Of a stretch of 64,000 nt of DNA, positions 52,801-62,227 are shown piece after piece. The number at the start of each line of letters is the position of its first letter. The first letter of the stretch is position 1. Made by a program: the position numbers and the translations under genes. Source of the DNA: Polyangiales bacterium (GTDB lineage: Bacteria > Myxococcota_A > Polyangia > Polyangiales > JADJQN01); the NCBI GenBank assembly GCA_964202905.1, contig CAXNJO010000008.1:64001-128000 (forward strand), in the 5' to 3' direction. The notes under the pieces are model-generated. The model was not told the origin of the DNA and did not search any database. It saw nothing but the letters and a program-made list of their open reading frames with translations.

Positions 52801-54387
52801 ACGCGCCGTCTTCTCCCGTCGTTTCTGCTCGCGCTCGTCTTCCTCTTCGCCGCCTGCGAGAAGGACGAAATCCTCCTCTCGGTCGACGTGCAGACGGGGT
52901 TGGTCCCCGGCCCCGAGTTCCAGCGCGTCGAGACGACGCTCTTTCGCACGGCGGGCGGGCGCTTCGACTCCAACGAGGTCGACCGCATCATCACGAGGGA
53001 TGTGCGCTTCCCCGATCGCTTCGAGCGCGGGCGCCGCGTCGCCGAGTTCGGTGGGCTCACGCCGGGCGTGCGCTCGGTGCGCGTGCGCCTCTTCCGCCCC
53101 GCCGACGCGGGCGGCGCGCTCCTCGTCGAGCGCTGGGTGCGCGTGAAGTTCTCGGGCAGCTACGCGCTCCTCGTCCGCCTCGACCGCGACTGCGTCGCTG
53201 CGACCTGCCCGTCTCCCGGCGGCTCGCCCGCCTTCACCGAGTGTCTCGTGGGGCGCTGCGTCGATCCGGAGTGTGATCTCTCCGATCCAACCACCTATGC
53301 CGACCACTGCTGTGATCCCGCCGCGCCGGCCTCCGACTGCCCGAACATCCTTTATTGCAGCGATGTGAGCGAGTGTGTCGCGGTGGGCGCGTGCGCCGAG
53401 GCGCAGTGCATCGACGGTGCGTGCGTGGAGTCACCCATCCCGGACGCCTGCGCGCCCGTCGAGTGGTGCGATCCGAACCCGGTGAGCGGCGGATGCCGCC
53501 CGCTCCTCTCGGTGGACGACGCGGGGCCGCGCGACGCGGGTGTCGATGCCGGCGAGTTCGACGCGGGAGAATCCGATTCTGGCGTCGATGCAGGGGAGTC
53601 GGACGCCGGCGTCGACGCGGGAGATCGGGATATGGGCACGATGTCCATGGATTCGGATCTCGGCTTCGACGCGGGCGCACCGGGCCTCGGCGTCGATGCG
53701 TCTCTCGACGCGGGCGCACCGGACCTCGGCGTCGATGCGTCTCTCGACGCGGGCGCACCGGACCTCGGCGTCGATCCGTGGACGGGGCGCGTCGCGGCGT
53801 ACGTGAAGGCGTCGAACACGGGCGCGTTCGACCAGTTCGGGGGGGCCGTGGCGCTCTCGGCGGACGGCGCCGTGCTCGCGGTCGGAGCGTTCCGCGAGGC
53901 GTCGGCGTCGACGGGTGTCGGTGCCGACGCGACCGACGATTCCGCAGTCGATGCGGGGGCGGTCTACGTCTTTCGCAGGTCCGCCACGTGGGCGCAGCGG
54001 GCCTATCTGAAGGCGTCGAACACGGCCGCGGGGGGCTCGTTCGGGTGGTCCGTCGCGCTCTCTGCGGACGGCGCGACGCTCGCGGCCGGTGCGCCCGGTG
54101 AATCCTCGGCGGCGACGGGCCTCGGCGCGCTCGGGATGTTCGGAGTCGCCGCGAGCTCAGGCGCGGTCTACGTCTTTCACGATGGCTCGATGGGGTGGGC
54201 GCCAGCTGCGTACGTGAAGGCGGCGAATACCGGCGCCGGTGATACCTTTGGCCGGTCCGTCGCGGTCGCCACGAATGGCAACGTGCTCGCCGTCGGCGCG
54301 GCCACGGAGGACTCCGCCGCGACGGGCATCGGCGGCGACGGCGCGAGCAACGCCGCTGTCGACTCAGGCGCTGCGTACGTGTATTGA
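52801..54387 (+). CDS. Cys-rich lipoprotein with DAG linker and C-terminal FG-GAP/integrin-like repeats; start codon reads ACG
   Basis: Lipoprotein signal RRLLPSFLLALVFLFAAC begins at ACG after GGAG. Three YxKAxNT..FG..VA....G..LA.GA..E repeats. Confidence 0.75.
   Translation, partial: TRRLLPSFLLALVFLFAACEKDEILLSVDVQTGLVPGPEFQRVETTLFRTAGGRFDSNEVDRIITRDVRFPDRFERGRRVAEFGGLTPGVRSVRVRLFRPADAGGALLVERWVRVKFSGSYALLVRLDRDCVAATCPSPGGSPAFTECLVGRCVDPECDLSDPTTYADHCCDPAAPASDCPNILYCSDVSECVAVGACAEAQCIDGACVESPIPDACAPVEWCDPNPVSGGCRPLLSVDDAGPRDAGVDAGEFDAGESDSGVDAGESDAGVDAGDRDMGTMSMDSDLGFDAGAPGLGVDASLDAGAPDLGVDASLDAGAPDLGVDPWTGRVAAYVKASNTGAFDQFGGAVALSADGAVLAVGAFREASASTGVGADATDDSAVDAGAVYVFRRSATWAQRAYLKASNTAAGGSFGWSVALSADGATLAAGAPGESSAATGLGALGMFGVAASSGAVYVFHDGSMGWAPAAYVKAANTGAGDTFGRSVAVATNGNVLAVGAATEDSAATGIGGDGASNAAVDSGAAYVY
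53666..53775 (+). repeat. 39-bp coding tandem repeat, about 3 copies (DAGAPDLGVDASL)
   Basis: TCGACGCGGGCGCACCGG(G/A)CCTCGGCGTCGAT is repeated with a 39-bp period. Confidence 0.85.
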
Positions 54388-54411
54388 GCGCGCCCGCGCC
54401 CGATCGTCACC

Positions 54412-54525
54412 CACATCCCCCGCGACCTTCAGGACCGACCGGTCTCCGCCGCGACGACGCCGCACCGCTTCCGCCTCGACATCGGGCGTGAACGACCGTC
54501 GCGTCCTCCGTGTCTTCTGGGTCGG
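54412..54525 (-). mobile_element. Degenerate IS3-family OrfA (HTH) relic
   Basis: KTRRTRRSFTPDVEAEAVR..GDRSVLKVAGDVG resembles the IS3 OrfA pattern RR.FT.EFK.EAV....SV..VA.DLG. No OrfB or IRs seen. Confidence 0.5.
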
Positions 54526-54663
54526 CTCCTGCTGCTTCTCCCTGCGGCACGCACGGGGCACGGTCGCGCAGCCTGCGGCGGGCAAGGGGGGCGTGCTCGA
54601 ATCGCGGATATGGATTCTCCCGCAGGGAGAGTGGGATTCTGAACAGACCCCTTCAGCCGCCTG

Positions 54664-54822
54664 CTACGCAGCGCGGCGCCCGTGAATCACCCGGAGCAAC
54701 ACGGCCACGAGGGCGAGGACGAGCAGCACGTGGATGAGGCCGCCCAAGGTGTGGGACGTGGTCAATCCGAGGATCCAGAGGATGACGAAGACCACCGCGA
54801 CGGCCCAGAGGAGATTCGACAT
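54664..54822 (-). CDS. lmo0937-family (DUF5670-like) 52-aa membrane protein, absent from the ORF track
   Basis: MSNLLWAVAVVFVILWILGLTTSHTLGGLIHVLLVLALVAVLLRVIHGRRAA. GAGG RBS. Confidence 0.85.
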   Translation of the reverse strand: MSNLLWAVAVVFVILWILGLTTSHTLGGLIHVLLVLALVAVLLRVIHGRRAA

Positions 54823-54862
54823 CGAGCACCTCGTTGGTTCGAACGGTTCCGGGTGAGCACGT

Positions 54863-55153
54863 CTAGTGGGTCAGCTTCTTGAAAGCGTCTTCGAGCTCCT
54901 TCCAGGAGCTGTCGATGTCGGCCTTGAAGGTGTCCCACTTGTCGCTGCCCGCGGCCTTCAACGCCTCGAGCTTGGCTTGCGCCGAATCGATCTTGGCCTT
55001 GAGTTCGTCCGCCTGTTTGCGGGAGGCGATCTTGGCCTCGTGGCCAGCCACTTCGCCCTTGGCGATGGCCTCCTTGAGCCTGGCGCCCCAGAGCTCGAGT
55101 TGGTCCTCGAGTCTGGTGATCGTGCGGTCGATGCGGCCTTCGATGTTCGCCAC
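54863..55153 (-). CDS. Small coiled-coil stress protein (sll1863-like)
   Basis: RLEDQLELWGARL..LKAAGSDKWDTFKADIDSSWKEL..AF. GGAGG RBS. Confidence 0.75.
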   Translation of the reverse strand: MANIEGRIDRTITRLEDQLELWGARLKEAIAKGEVAGHEAKIASRKQADELKAKIDSAQAKLEALKAAGSDKWDTFKADIDSSWKELEDAFKKLTH

Positions 55154-55535
55154 GGTGTCCTCCCGACGCTTTCGCGTCCGCCCCGACGCGATGCATCCGG
55201 TGTGCCCGGCGACGCGGCGCGTCGCCGACGCGCTGAGCCGGAGAGGGAAAGGGGGGGACTGGGATAAGCCCCGCGACGGCGCGACGCGGCGCGCGTCACG
55301 CTCGCAACGCCGTCGGCGTCGTCGCGCGGACGCGGAGAAGGGCGCAAAGGGCGCGCGGGACGGCGAACCCTTTGCGCGCGGCGTCGGCGACGCGGCACAT
55401 CGCGGCCCTGGCCCGATGCCCCCGCGGGAGCGGGGCGCGCGTCAGAACGGACGGCGACGTCGTGTGCGAGCGCCGACGGCGACGAATGGGTGCGTCGCCG
55501 TCATCGACCCGGACCTGTCGCCGCCGGGGAGGCGC

Positions 55536-56714
55536 TCAGGGCGCGGGGGCCGTACCGCCCTGCCCGGCGCGCTGGAAGAAACGGCCCGCATTGCCCGCGG
55601 GCACGAGCTGGCCCGACATCTCCTGGAAGCGCACCGTGACTTCCGGGACGGGCTCCCCGGTCTCGATGCGGTGGCCGAACGCCGCCGTGATCCGGAGTCG
55701 ACGCGCGTCGCCCTCACCCTCCCACGCACAGCGGGCGGACTGCGCGGGCTGCCCTTCGAGGTTGAACCCCGTGCACTTCGGCGTCGTGCGGAGGCCCTGA
55801 ATCAGCCAGTAGCCACGCTCGGTCGCGAGGGTCGGACCGCTCTCCGCGATGGGTTGCGCGGCGCCATCGGGGCCCACCGTCAGGAACAGCGTGTCACCCG
55901 CGACGACGGCCGAGTCGAAACCGACGGGCGCGCCGCCGTTGCCACCGTCCTTCATCGTGTTGAAGAAGCGCGTGCCGCTCGTCGGCGTGAAGCGATAGGT
56001 GTTGACGAGATTCTCGCCCGACGTCATCGCGACCGTCCGCGTCGCGTCTCCCTCGGCGGTGAAGGCCCACGTCTCGCGGCCGTCGCGGTCCCAGGTACCG
56101 ATCAACGCCGTGCGGAGCGCAGCGGCCGCCGCGGCGTCCCTCACCTCACGCTCGGCGACGTTCCACGGCACGTCGAACACGGCCGGACGAAGGGTCAGCC
56201 GCTCGGCGAAGGGCCTCCCCTGATTGAGTTTGCAGCGCGCAAGGCCCGTGAAGGCGTTGTCGGCTGTCTCGATGCACGCGAGAACCTCGGGCGTGGCCGT
56301 GGCGCACTTGTCCGTGAACGCCCGCCCATAGAAGGGCCGGAGTTGATCCGCGGTGAAGCGAGACTGCGCCTCCGTCGCGCCCAGATAGCTGAGCATGCGA
56401 CCCACATCCTCGAGGAGGATCCCAGAGAGCCGCGCGCAACGCGTGGCCGCGTCGCCCGACTGCGGCGTGCGCGCGGTCGTCGGCGCCGCGAGCTGCGGCG
56501 CGCCCTCTGCGGTGATCACCGCGTCCCGGGACGGAGCGCCGCCCCAGGCCTCCGGTGGTCTCGCGGAAGCGGCCGGAGCCGCGGGCGGCACCGGGGCAGG
56601 CGCGGGTACGACCGCCGGGGAGGGGGCGGGTGACGGGGCGGGTGAGGCGGCGGGCGACGAGCAGCCGACCGCCATCGCGAGGACCAGAACCGCGGGGACA
56701 CGAATGGGATGCAT
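55536..56714 (-). CDS. Hypothetical lipoprotein
   Basis: Lipobox AVGC, Pro/Ala linker, Cys-containing globular region. Confidence 0.75.
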   Translation of the reverse strand: MHPIRVPAVLVLAMAVGCSSPAASPAPSPAPSPAVVPAPAPVPPAAPAASARPPEAWGGAPSRDAVITAEGAPQLAAPTTARTPQSGDAATRCARLSGILLEDVGRMLSYLGATEAQSRFTADQLRPFYGRAFTDKCATATPEVLACIETADNAFTGLARCKLNQGRPFAERLTLRPAVFDVPWNVAEREVRDAAAAAALRTALIGTWDRDGRETWAFTAEGDATRTVAMTSGENLVNTYRFTPTSGTRFFNTMKDGGNGGAPVGFDSAVVAGDTLFLTVGPDGAAQPIAESGPTLATERGYWLIQGLRTTPKCTGFNLEGQPAQSARCAWEGEGDARRLRITAAFGHRIETGEPVPEVTVRFQEMSGQLVPAGNAGRFFQRAGQGGTAPAP

Positions 56715-56778
56715 GGGACCTTCCGACGCGACACGAAAGACGACGGGCGGTGGAGTCGTCGCTCGCTGCCGCCGCGCG

Positions 56779-56808
56779 AATTAGGATGAGCGCTTGCGCG
56801 CGCGTCAA
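56779..56808 (-). promoter_or_regulatory. Candidate sigma70-type promoter for 55536-56714
   Basis: TTGACG-17 bp-CCTAAT on the minus strand. Confidence 0.35.
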
Positions 56809-56959
56809 GTCTCTCGTGCGCCGCGAAGTACCGCTCTGGCGGGTATGCGGCGCGTGGTACCTGCGCTGGGAATCAGGCCGAGCCCTTCGTCACCGCGCTC
56901 ATGCAACATCGTCGCTCCACGGGCGACCAAACCCAGCGCGCAGTTCACCTGCCGCGCCG

Positions 56960-57769
56960 TCAACCCATGGATTCGACTTCGAACTCATCCTCGACGCGGA
57001 GTCGCATCTCGAATCGGAATCCGGGCCCCGTGCTGGTCTGGATCCGTGCGCGCAACTGTCTGGCCAGCGCCTGGACGATGCGGGTGCCGAGGGAACGGGT
57101 GTGGCCCGAGCCCCACGCCTCGCTCAGGCCGGGGCCGTCGTCGGCGACCGAGATGTGCACCTCGCCCTCTCGCTGGATGACCGCGATCGCGAGGCGGCAG
57201 CGGCCGTCGGCGGAGCGCCCGTGTTTCAGGGCGTTCGCGATCACCTCGTTCAAGATCAGTCCACATGGCAGCGCCGTGCCGATCGGGACCGTGATCCGCT
57301 CGGTCTCGAACTTCAGGTCCGCCCGCGGCTCGAGCGCGCCGACCAGCGTGCGCGCCAGTGACTCGGCGTAGGCACCCAGCTCGATGTTCGCGAGATCATC
57401 CCTCCCGTAGAGCTGCTCGTGAATGAGCGCCATCGCGCGAACGCGGTAGGTGCTGTCGTGCAGGATCTCGCGCACCGGCGAGGCCGCGTGAACGTCAGCC
57501 TGCATGTCGAGCAGGCTCGCGATGATCTGCAGGTTGTTCTTGACGCGGTGATGAACCTCTTTGAGCAGCAGTTCTCGCTCTTCGAGCGCGCGACGGAGGT
57601 CGGCGGTGCGCTTGTCGACCTCGCTCTCGAGGTGCGCAGCGAGCGCACGCAGCTCCTGGTTCGCGCTGTAGAGTTCGAAACTCTTCTCCTCGAGGAGATG
57701 CTCGGCAGCTTCACGGGCTCTGCGCTCCCGCTCGAGCCTGCGGCGCCATGTCTCCTCGTCATCCGCCAC
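56960..57769 (-). CDS. Soluble histidine kinase (HisKA_2 type)
   Basis: Coiled coil RERRAREAAE.LLE.KS.ELY.AN, KEVHHRVKNNLQ, NEVIANALKH, DDGPG, SLGTRIV. The GTG start overlaps the H-NOX TAG. Confidence 0.88.
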   Translation of the reverse strand: MADDEETWRRRLERERRAREAAEHLLEEKSFELYSANQELRALAAHLESEVDKRTADLRRALEERELLLKEVHHRVKNNLQIIASLLDMQADVHAASPVREILHDSTYRVRAMALIHEQLYGRDDLANIELGAYAESLARTLVGALEPRADLKFETERITVPIGTALPCGLILNEVIANALKHGRSADGRCRLAIAVIQREGEVHISVADDGPGLSEAWGSGHTRSLGTRIVQALARQLRARIQTSTGPGFRFEMRLRVEDEFEVESMG

Positions 57770-58307
57770 TACATGGACTCCCGGACCAGCCGGAACGGAA
57801 CGCCGTCGGGCTGGCGGGGCAGCCGCTCGAGCCGGATTCGGCTCGCCGAAATGCGCGATGGCGCCGAGGATCAATCCTTCGGCGAGATCCTCGAGGTTGC
57901 GATTCGAGCGATACACGAGGGTCATCGTCGTCGCGTCGCGCTCGCGCACGGTCAGCTCCGGGAGCTCGACGTCGGCGTAGAGCTTGCGGACCTCGACGTG
58001 GATGACCGCTTCGACGTTCGCGAGGAACGTGAAGATCGCCGTCGACGGCGAAGAACTGCGGGTACCGCGCATGGAAGCGCCCGAGCAGGTGCGTGCCGAA
58101 TGCGCGCAGCGCGTCGGGCGTCGTCGTGTGCGCATGCTTCGCGTACGCGACCACGAGCTTGCCCATCTCTGCGTGGTCGTAGGTGCCGACGGCCGTGTAC
58201 GCGCCGCCGTTGGGGGGCGCTGCGTCGGCGAGGACGGCGTCGAGCATGTCCTCGGAGTGGACGTTGCGCACCATGTCGAGAAATTCGGTGAAGACGACGC
58301 CTTTCAT
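57769..58307 (-). CDS. H-NOX (heme NO-binding) protein; apparent frameshifts near 58035 and 57835
   Basis: MKGVVFTEFLDMV..GAYTAVGTYDH, heme-ligand IHVEVRKLY, YxSxR motif (YRSNR), AEGLI.G..HFGE. Confidence 0.85.
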
Positions 58308-58598
58308 CGAGCCCTTTCGTGTGGACGTTTCTCGTCGTGAGTTCTCACGGGGTATCTGAACGGTCGACGCGCCCGCTGGCTGAACGCGCACACCGCGCCC
58401 CGCGAGTCGCCGTCGAGCGTGACTGGGGGGACGTCGTGTTCCTCGCAGGATGTCCCTGCGGACAGGAAGAATATCGACCAGCGACCACCATGACGCATCG
58501 AGACCGCATTTGTCTTCCGAAACTCCCTCCGCGAGCGTTCGACGCCGAATGAGCGCGTGTGTGTCCGCGATGCCGATGCTTCACGCGTGCGGTGCGCG

Positions 58599-59182
58599 GT
58601 GACGGCGCAGCTCCTCGCACAGATCGTGGTCGCGGTGCTCGTGCTGGTGGGCGGCGGGGTCGTGATGGGGGCCGTCGTGCGCGGGTTGTTTGCGCCCAAT
58701 TCCGCGCTCGCGCAGGCGGAGCAATGGACTGCGCGCGTGGGCGCATCGTCGAAGACCCCGCGCGCTTCGCGGCGGCGCACATCGCCGCGGGCTTTCTCGT
58801 CAGCGACGCGCGCCCCGCTCCCGCGCGGCCCGTGCTGCTCTCGTTTGGCACGGTCGATGGGCCGAGCCTCGCGCGGACGGGCGTGCTCGCGGACCCGAGC
58901 GACAACCTCCGCGCGCTGCCCTTCGGCCCCGAGCTCCTGATGGAGCCGACGACGGCGGCGCGCTTCGCGGGATGGCAGTCGCGCCTCGGGCTCAGCGGGG
59001 GCCCGATGACGGTCGCCGCCACGATCCGCCGCATCGACACGCTGCGCTTCGCCTACGCGGGCGCGCCGCCGCTGCGCTTCGAGGCGCTCGTCATCGACGG
59101 GATGGGCCACGTCTACGGCGACGGGACCAACCACCCCATCGACATCGCCGCGGTGGCCTGGGCCTTCTTCGCCGGCCGTTAG
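58599..59182 (+). CDS. Hypothetical membrane-anchored protein; apparent frameshift near 58740
   Basis: N-terminal TM in one frame continues as RIVEDPARF... in another frame at a GGG run. Confidence 0.5.
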
Positions 59183-59398
59183 GGGCCTTTGCACGTCGAC
59201 GGGAGCGGCGTTGCAGCGGACGGGCCCTGACCCGCGCATGGCGCGCCATCCGCCGCTGAATGGCGGTTCATTCGCCGTCGCCGCGGGCGTGACGCGCGTG
59301 GCGATGACAAGCGGTCCGCGGCGTGGTCTAACCTCCCACGACGCGGCGCCATCGTGGGCGTCGCGATGCGGGGAGGAGCCGACGTGAGCCAGTCGTGG

Positions 59399-60286
59399 AT
59401 GCGGTCGAAGTCTGCGCGCACGGGCGCACTGCGCGGGTGGGTGACGCCGCTCGTGCTCGCGCTCGTCGGCTGCGGTGGCGCGAGCGCGTACGCCCCGCCG
59501 CCCGGAGGCGTCACGCGCGCCGAGTCGTACGGCGGAAGCTATGCGGAGGCCGAGTCGGCGCCGATGGCCGCGCCGAGCACGTCGGCGGACTTCGCCGAGG
59601 ACGTGGTCTCGGGCGATCTCGCGCAGCCCTCCGATGCGATGATCGCGCAGGCTGCACCCGCGCAGAACGCCGCGCCCGTCCCGCAGGGGGCTGCGACCTC
59701 GACGCCTCCGCGCGCCGAGGCCGACGACGCGCAGCGCGGCCCGCTGCTCATCTACCAGGCGACGCTGCACCTCAGCGTCTTCGAGGTCGAGGCCACGCAG
59801 CGCAGCGTCATCGGGATCGCCCAGGATCTGGGCGGTTTCCTCGCGCGGCAGAGCGATCAGCAGGTCGTCATCCGCGTGCCGGCCGGGAAGTTCCGCGACG
59901 CGCTCGCGCGCATCGAGGAGACGGGCGATGTGCTCCACCGCAACGTCGAGGCGCTCGATGTGAGCGAGGAGTTCCGCGACGTGCAGATCCGCCTCCGCAA
60001 CGCCGAGGTGGTGCGCGACCGGCTCGCGGCGCTCATGGCGCAGGCGCGCAACGTCGAAGAAGCGCTCGCCGTGCAGGGCGAGCTCGAGCGCATCACCGGC
60101 GTGATCGAGCAGCTCAAGGGCCGCCTCCAATACCTCGGCGATCGCATCGCCTACTCGACCATCACCGTGTTCTTCCAGCCCGCGGCGACGGCGACGACGG
60201 ATCAGCCCGACGTCTTCCGGCTGCCGTTCCCGTGGCTCGACGAGCTCTCGCTCCGCAGCCTGCTGAACCTCCCCTATCAGGACTGA
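59399..60286 (+). CDS. DUF4349-domain lipoprotein
   Basis: Lipobox LVGC. LIYQATLHL..GGFL..IRVP..DVSEEF.D..RL..IEQLKGRLQYL..AYSTITV. Confidence 0.88.
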   Translation: MRSKSARTGALRGWVTPLVLALVGCGGASAYAPPPGGVTRAESYGGSYAEAESAPMAAPSTSADFAEDVVSGDLAQPSDAMIAQAAPAQNAAPVPQGAATSTPPRAEADDAQRGPLLIYQATLHLSVFEVEATQRSVIGIAQDLGGFLARQSDQQVVIRVPAGKFRDALARIEETGDVLHRNVEALDVSEEFRDVQIRLRNAEVVRDRLAALMAQARNVEEALAVQGELERITGVIEQLKGRLQYLGDRIAYSTITVFFQPAATATTDQPDVFRLPFPWLDELSLRSLLNLPYQD

Positions 60287-60290
60287 CGCG

Positions 60291-60813
60291 ATGACCCGCC
60301 ACCCCCGCCTCCGCGCCACCGCCCCGTCCACCGCGCGCGTCGCGCTCACGGCCGCACTCGCCGCGCTCCCGCTCGCCGCCCTCTCACTCGCGGGCGTGCG
60401 GCGGCACCGCCTCGCACCTCGTCGCGCCCACCAACTTCCTCGAGCTCGACGAGCCGGGCGAGAGCTACGCGCAGCGCGCGACGAGCGCCGAGGGCGTCGT
60501 GCTCGCCGTGCGCGAGGTCGAGAACGCGCCCTACGGCCCGCTCGCCTTCTGGGTCGAGGCCATCAAGCGCCGCATGCGCAACGTCCGCGGCTACGCGCTC
60601 GTCGAGGAGCGCGACGTGCGCGCCGCCTCCGGCGAGGCGGGCAAACAGCTCCGCTTCGGCCACGACGAGTCGGGCGGCCCCTTCCACTTCTGGCTCACCG
60701 TCTTCGTCACCGACGACTACGTTTTCGTCGTCGAAGCCGGCGGCAAGAAGGATTTGTTCGAAGCCGCGCAGCCCGAGATCGAGCGCGCGATCGCGGGCTA
60801 TCGGGTGGATTGA
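60291..60813 (+). CDS. Lipoprotein; apparent frameshift near 60393 at the lipobox
   Basis: Signal peptide in one frame. ACGGTASHLVAPTNFLEL..RATSAEGVVLAVRE in the next frame. Confidence 0.65.
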
Positions 60814-60865
60814 GCGGGCGACGGGAATGAATCCGGGCGCGTCGTGTGTCGTATTCTCCAGCGCC

Positions 60866-61147
60866 ATGAACCATTTCTTCTCCGCTTCGCTCCCGGCTCG
60901 CCTCCTCGTCTCCTCGCTTCTGATGGTCTCCCTCGCGCTCGTCGGTTGCGGCGCTTCGGAAGTCGGCGAAGCGTGCGACACGGGCGGCTCGGCCGACGAG
61001 TGCGTCGACGGCGCGATCTGCACGAATGAGGGCGAAGGCAACACCTGCCGCCTCGTGTGCGAGGAGCAGGCGGACTGCCCGGCGGATTACTCCTGCAACG
61101 GAGTTACGGGTGGCTCGACCAAGAGCTGCCAGCCCGACCGCATCTGA
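60866..61147 (+). CDS. Small Cys-rich lipoprotein
   Basis: Lipobox LVGC. GEAC..EC..C..CR..C....DCP..YSC..SC. Confidence 0.75.
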   Translation: MNHFFSASLPARLLVSSLLMVSLALVGCGASEVGEACDTGGSADECVDGAICTNEGEGNTCRLVCEEQADCPADYSCNGVTGGSTKSCQPDRI

Positions 61148-61159
61148 GCGCCGCGAGCG

Positions 61160-62227
61160 CTACTTCGCGGGGGGCTGCGGATCGCGCACGGGCCGCTCCG
61201 CCAGCGACCTCGCGAGCGCGCGCAGCGGGTCGAAGCCAAGCAGCGCGGTGATCGAGCCCACCTCGCCGACGCGCCCGCGCACGTACGATGCGAAGGGCGC
61301 GAGCGGCTTGAGCGCGTCGAAGCCGCCGAGCCAGCGCGAGGTGGTGCGCGCGACGGCGCGCGCGGCGTCGGCGCCGAGCGCGACCGCAACGTAGGGGGGC
61401 GTCGGGTGCACGATGATGTCGCGCACCGCGACTGCGCGGGCCCACGCGCCCGGGTCCGGGTCGCGGAGCAGCGCGCGAATCTGGCTCGCCTCCGCGAAGA
61501 GCCCGACGTGCACCGGCGCGACCGCGCGCGCGACGGCGTCGGCCACGACGCGGTGATCGCGGCGCCAGTCGCCGCCGAGCGGCCCCGTCCAGCGGAAGAT
61601 CAAGTCCGGGCCCGCCGCGAGATCGACGGCCCCGTCGCGTCGGCGCAGCGCGACGGCCGTCCAGGGCGCACCGTCTTCCCAGAGCACCACGACGAGCGCG
61701 TGCTCGTCCGGCAGCACGATGTCGAGCGCGCGTCGCACCATGCCTGAGGTGGGGATGGGGACGTCGTCGACCGGGCGCGGCCAGGCGTGGATCTTCCCGG
61801 AGGACGTGAGCTCGCGGATGATGCGCGCGAGCACGAGCCACTGCGTCGCGTAGTCGTCCGTGCGCTCGAGGCGCTGCGCGAGCGTCTCGGCGAGCTCGTC
61901 GAGGACGCCTTCGCGGAGCTCGAGCGCCCGCCGGGCGGCGTAGGCGCGGGCGACCCGCTCAAGGTCCTGCGGGCCGTCGTAGGCGAGGTCGCGCACGCGC
62001 CCGCGCGTCGTGTGCAGGGCGCGAAGGATGCGGCCGTCGTCGGCGCGGACGATGACGAGCGTGCCCTCGGCGACCTCACTCCGCGCCTCGCGCAGGTCGA
62101 TCTCGGGCGCGTCCGTGTCGGCGGGGTCGCCTTCGACGCGGTCGCGCAGCCCCGGCGCGAACAGCGACAGGAGGTTGGTCCACGAGCGCGCGTCGAAGCC
62201 CTCGAAGCGCAGGTGCGGCGAGATCAC
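61160..62227 (-). CDS. Hypothetical protein
   Basis: GTGA overlap with the upstream glycosidase. Protein-like ORF starting MISPHLRFEGFD. Confidence 0.75.
   Translation of the reverse strand: MISPHLRFEGFDARSWTNLLSLFAPGLRDRVEGDPADTDAPEIDLREARSEVAEGTLVIVRADDGRILRALHTTRGRVRDLAYDGPQDLERVARAYAARRALELREGVLDELAETLAQRLERTDDYATQWLVLARIIRELTSSGKIHAWPRPVDDVPIPTSGMVRRALDIVLPDEHALVVVLWEDGAPWTAVALRRRDGAVDLAAGPDLIFRWTGPLGGDWRRDHRVVADAVARAVAPVHVGLFAEASQIRALLRDPDPGAWARAVAVRDIIVHPTPPYVAVALGADAARAVARTTSRWLGGFDALKPLAPFASYVRGRVGEVGSITALLGFDPLRALARSLAERPVRDPQPPAK

Noticed and set aside
54639..54656. CTGAAC-N6-CTTCAG as an SOS box or IS end
   Set aside because: It is two bases longer than the myxobacterial LexA box, and no matching partner inverted repeat was found.
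54682..54882. 66-aa plus-strand ORF
   Set aside because: It is the antisense shadow of the lmo0937-like gene on the minus strand.
55342..55377. Hairpin GCGCAAAGGG...CCCTTTGCGC as a c-di-GMP-I riboswitch
   Set aside because: It lacks the GNRA loop/receptor two-stem layout. It is a single stem of unknown meaning, and an Rfam scan would settle it.
56960..58135. H-NOX-histidine kinase fusion
   Set aside because: Removing one base near 57835 gives a normal H-NOX C-terminus whose stop overlaps the kinase start. Two genes is more parsimonious, though this needs read confirmation.
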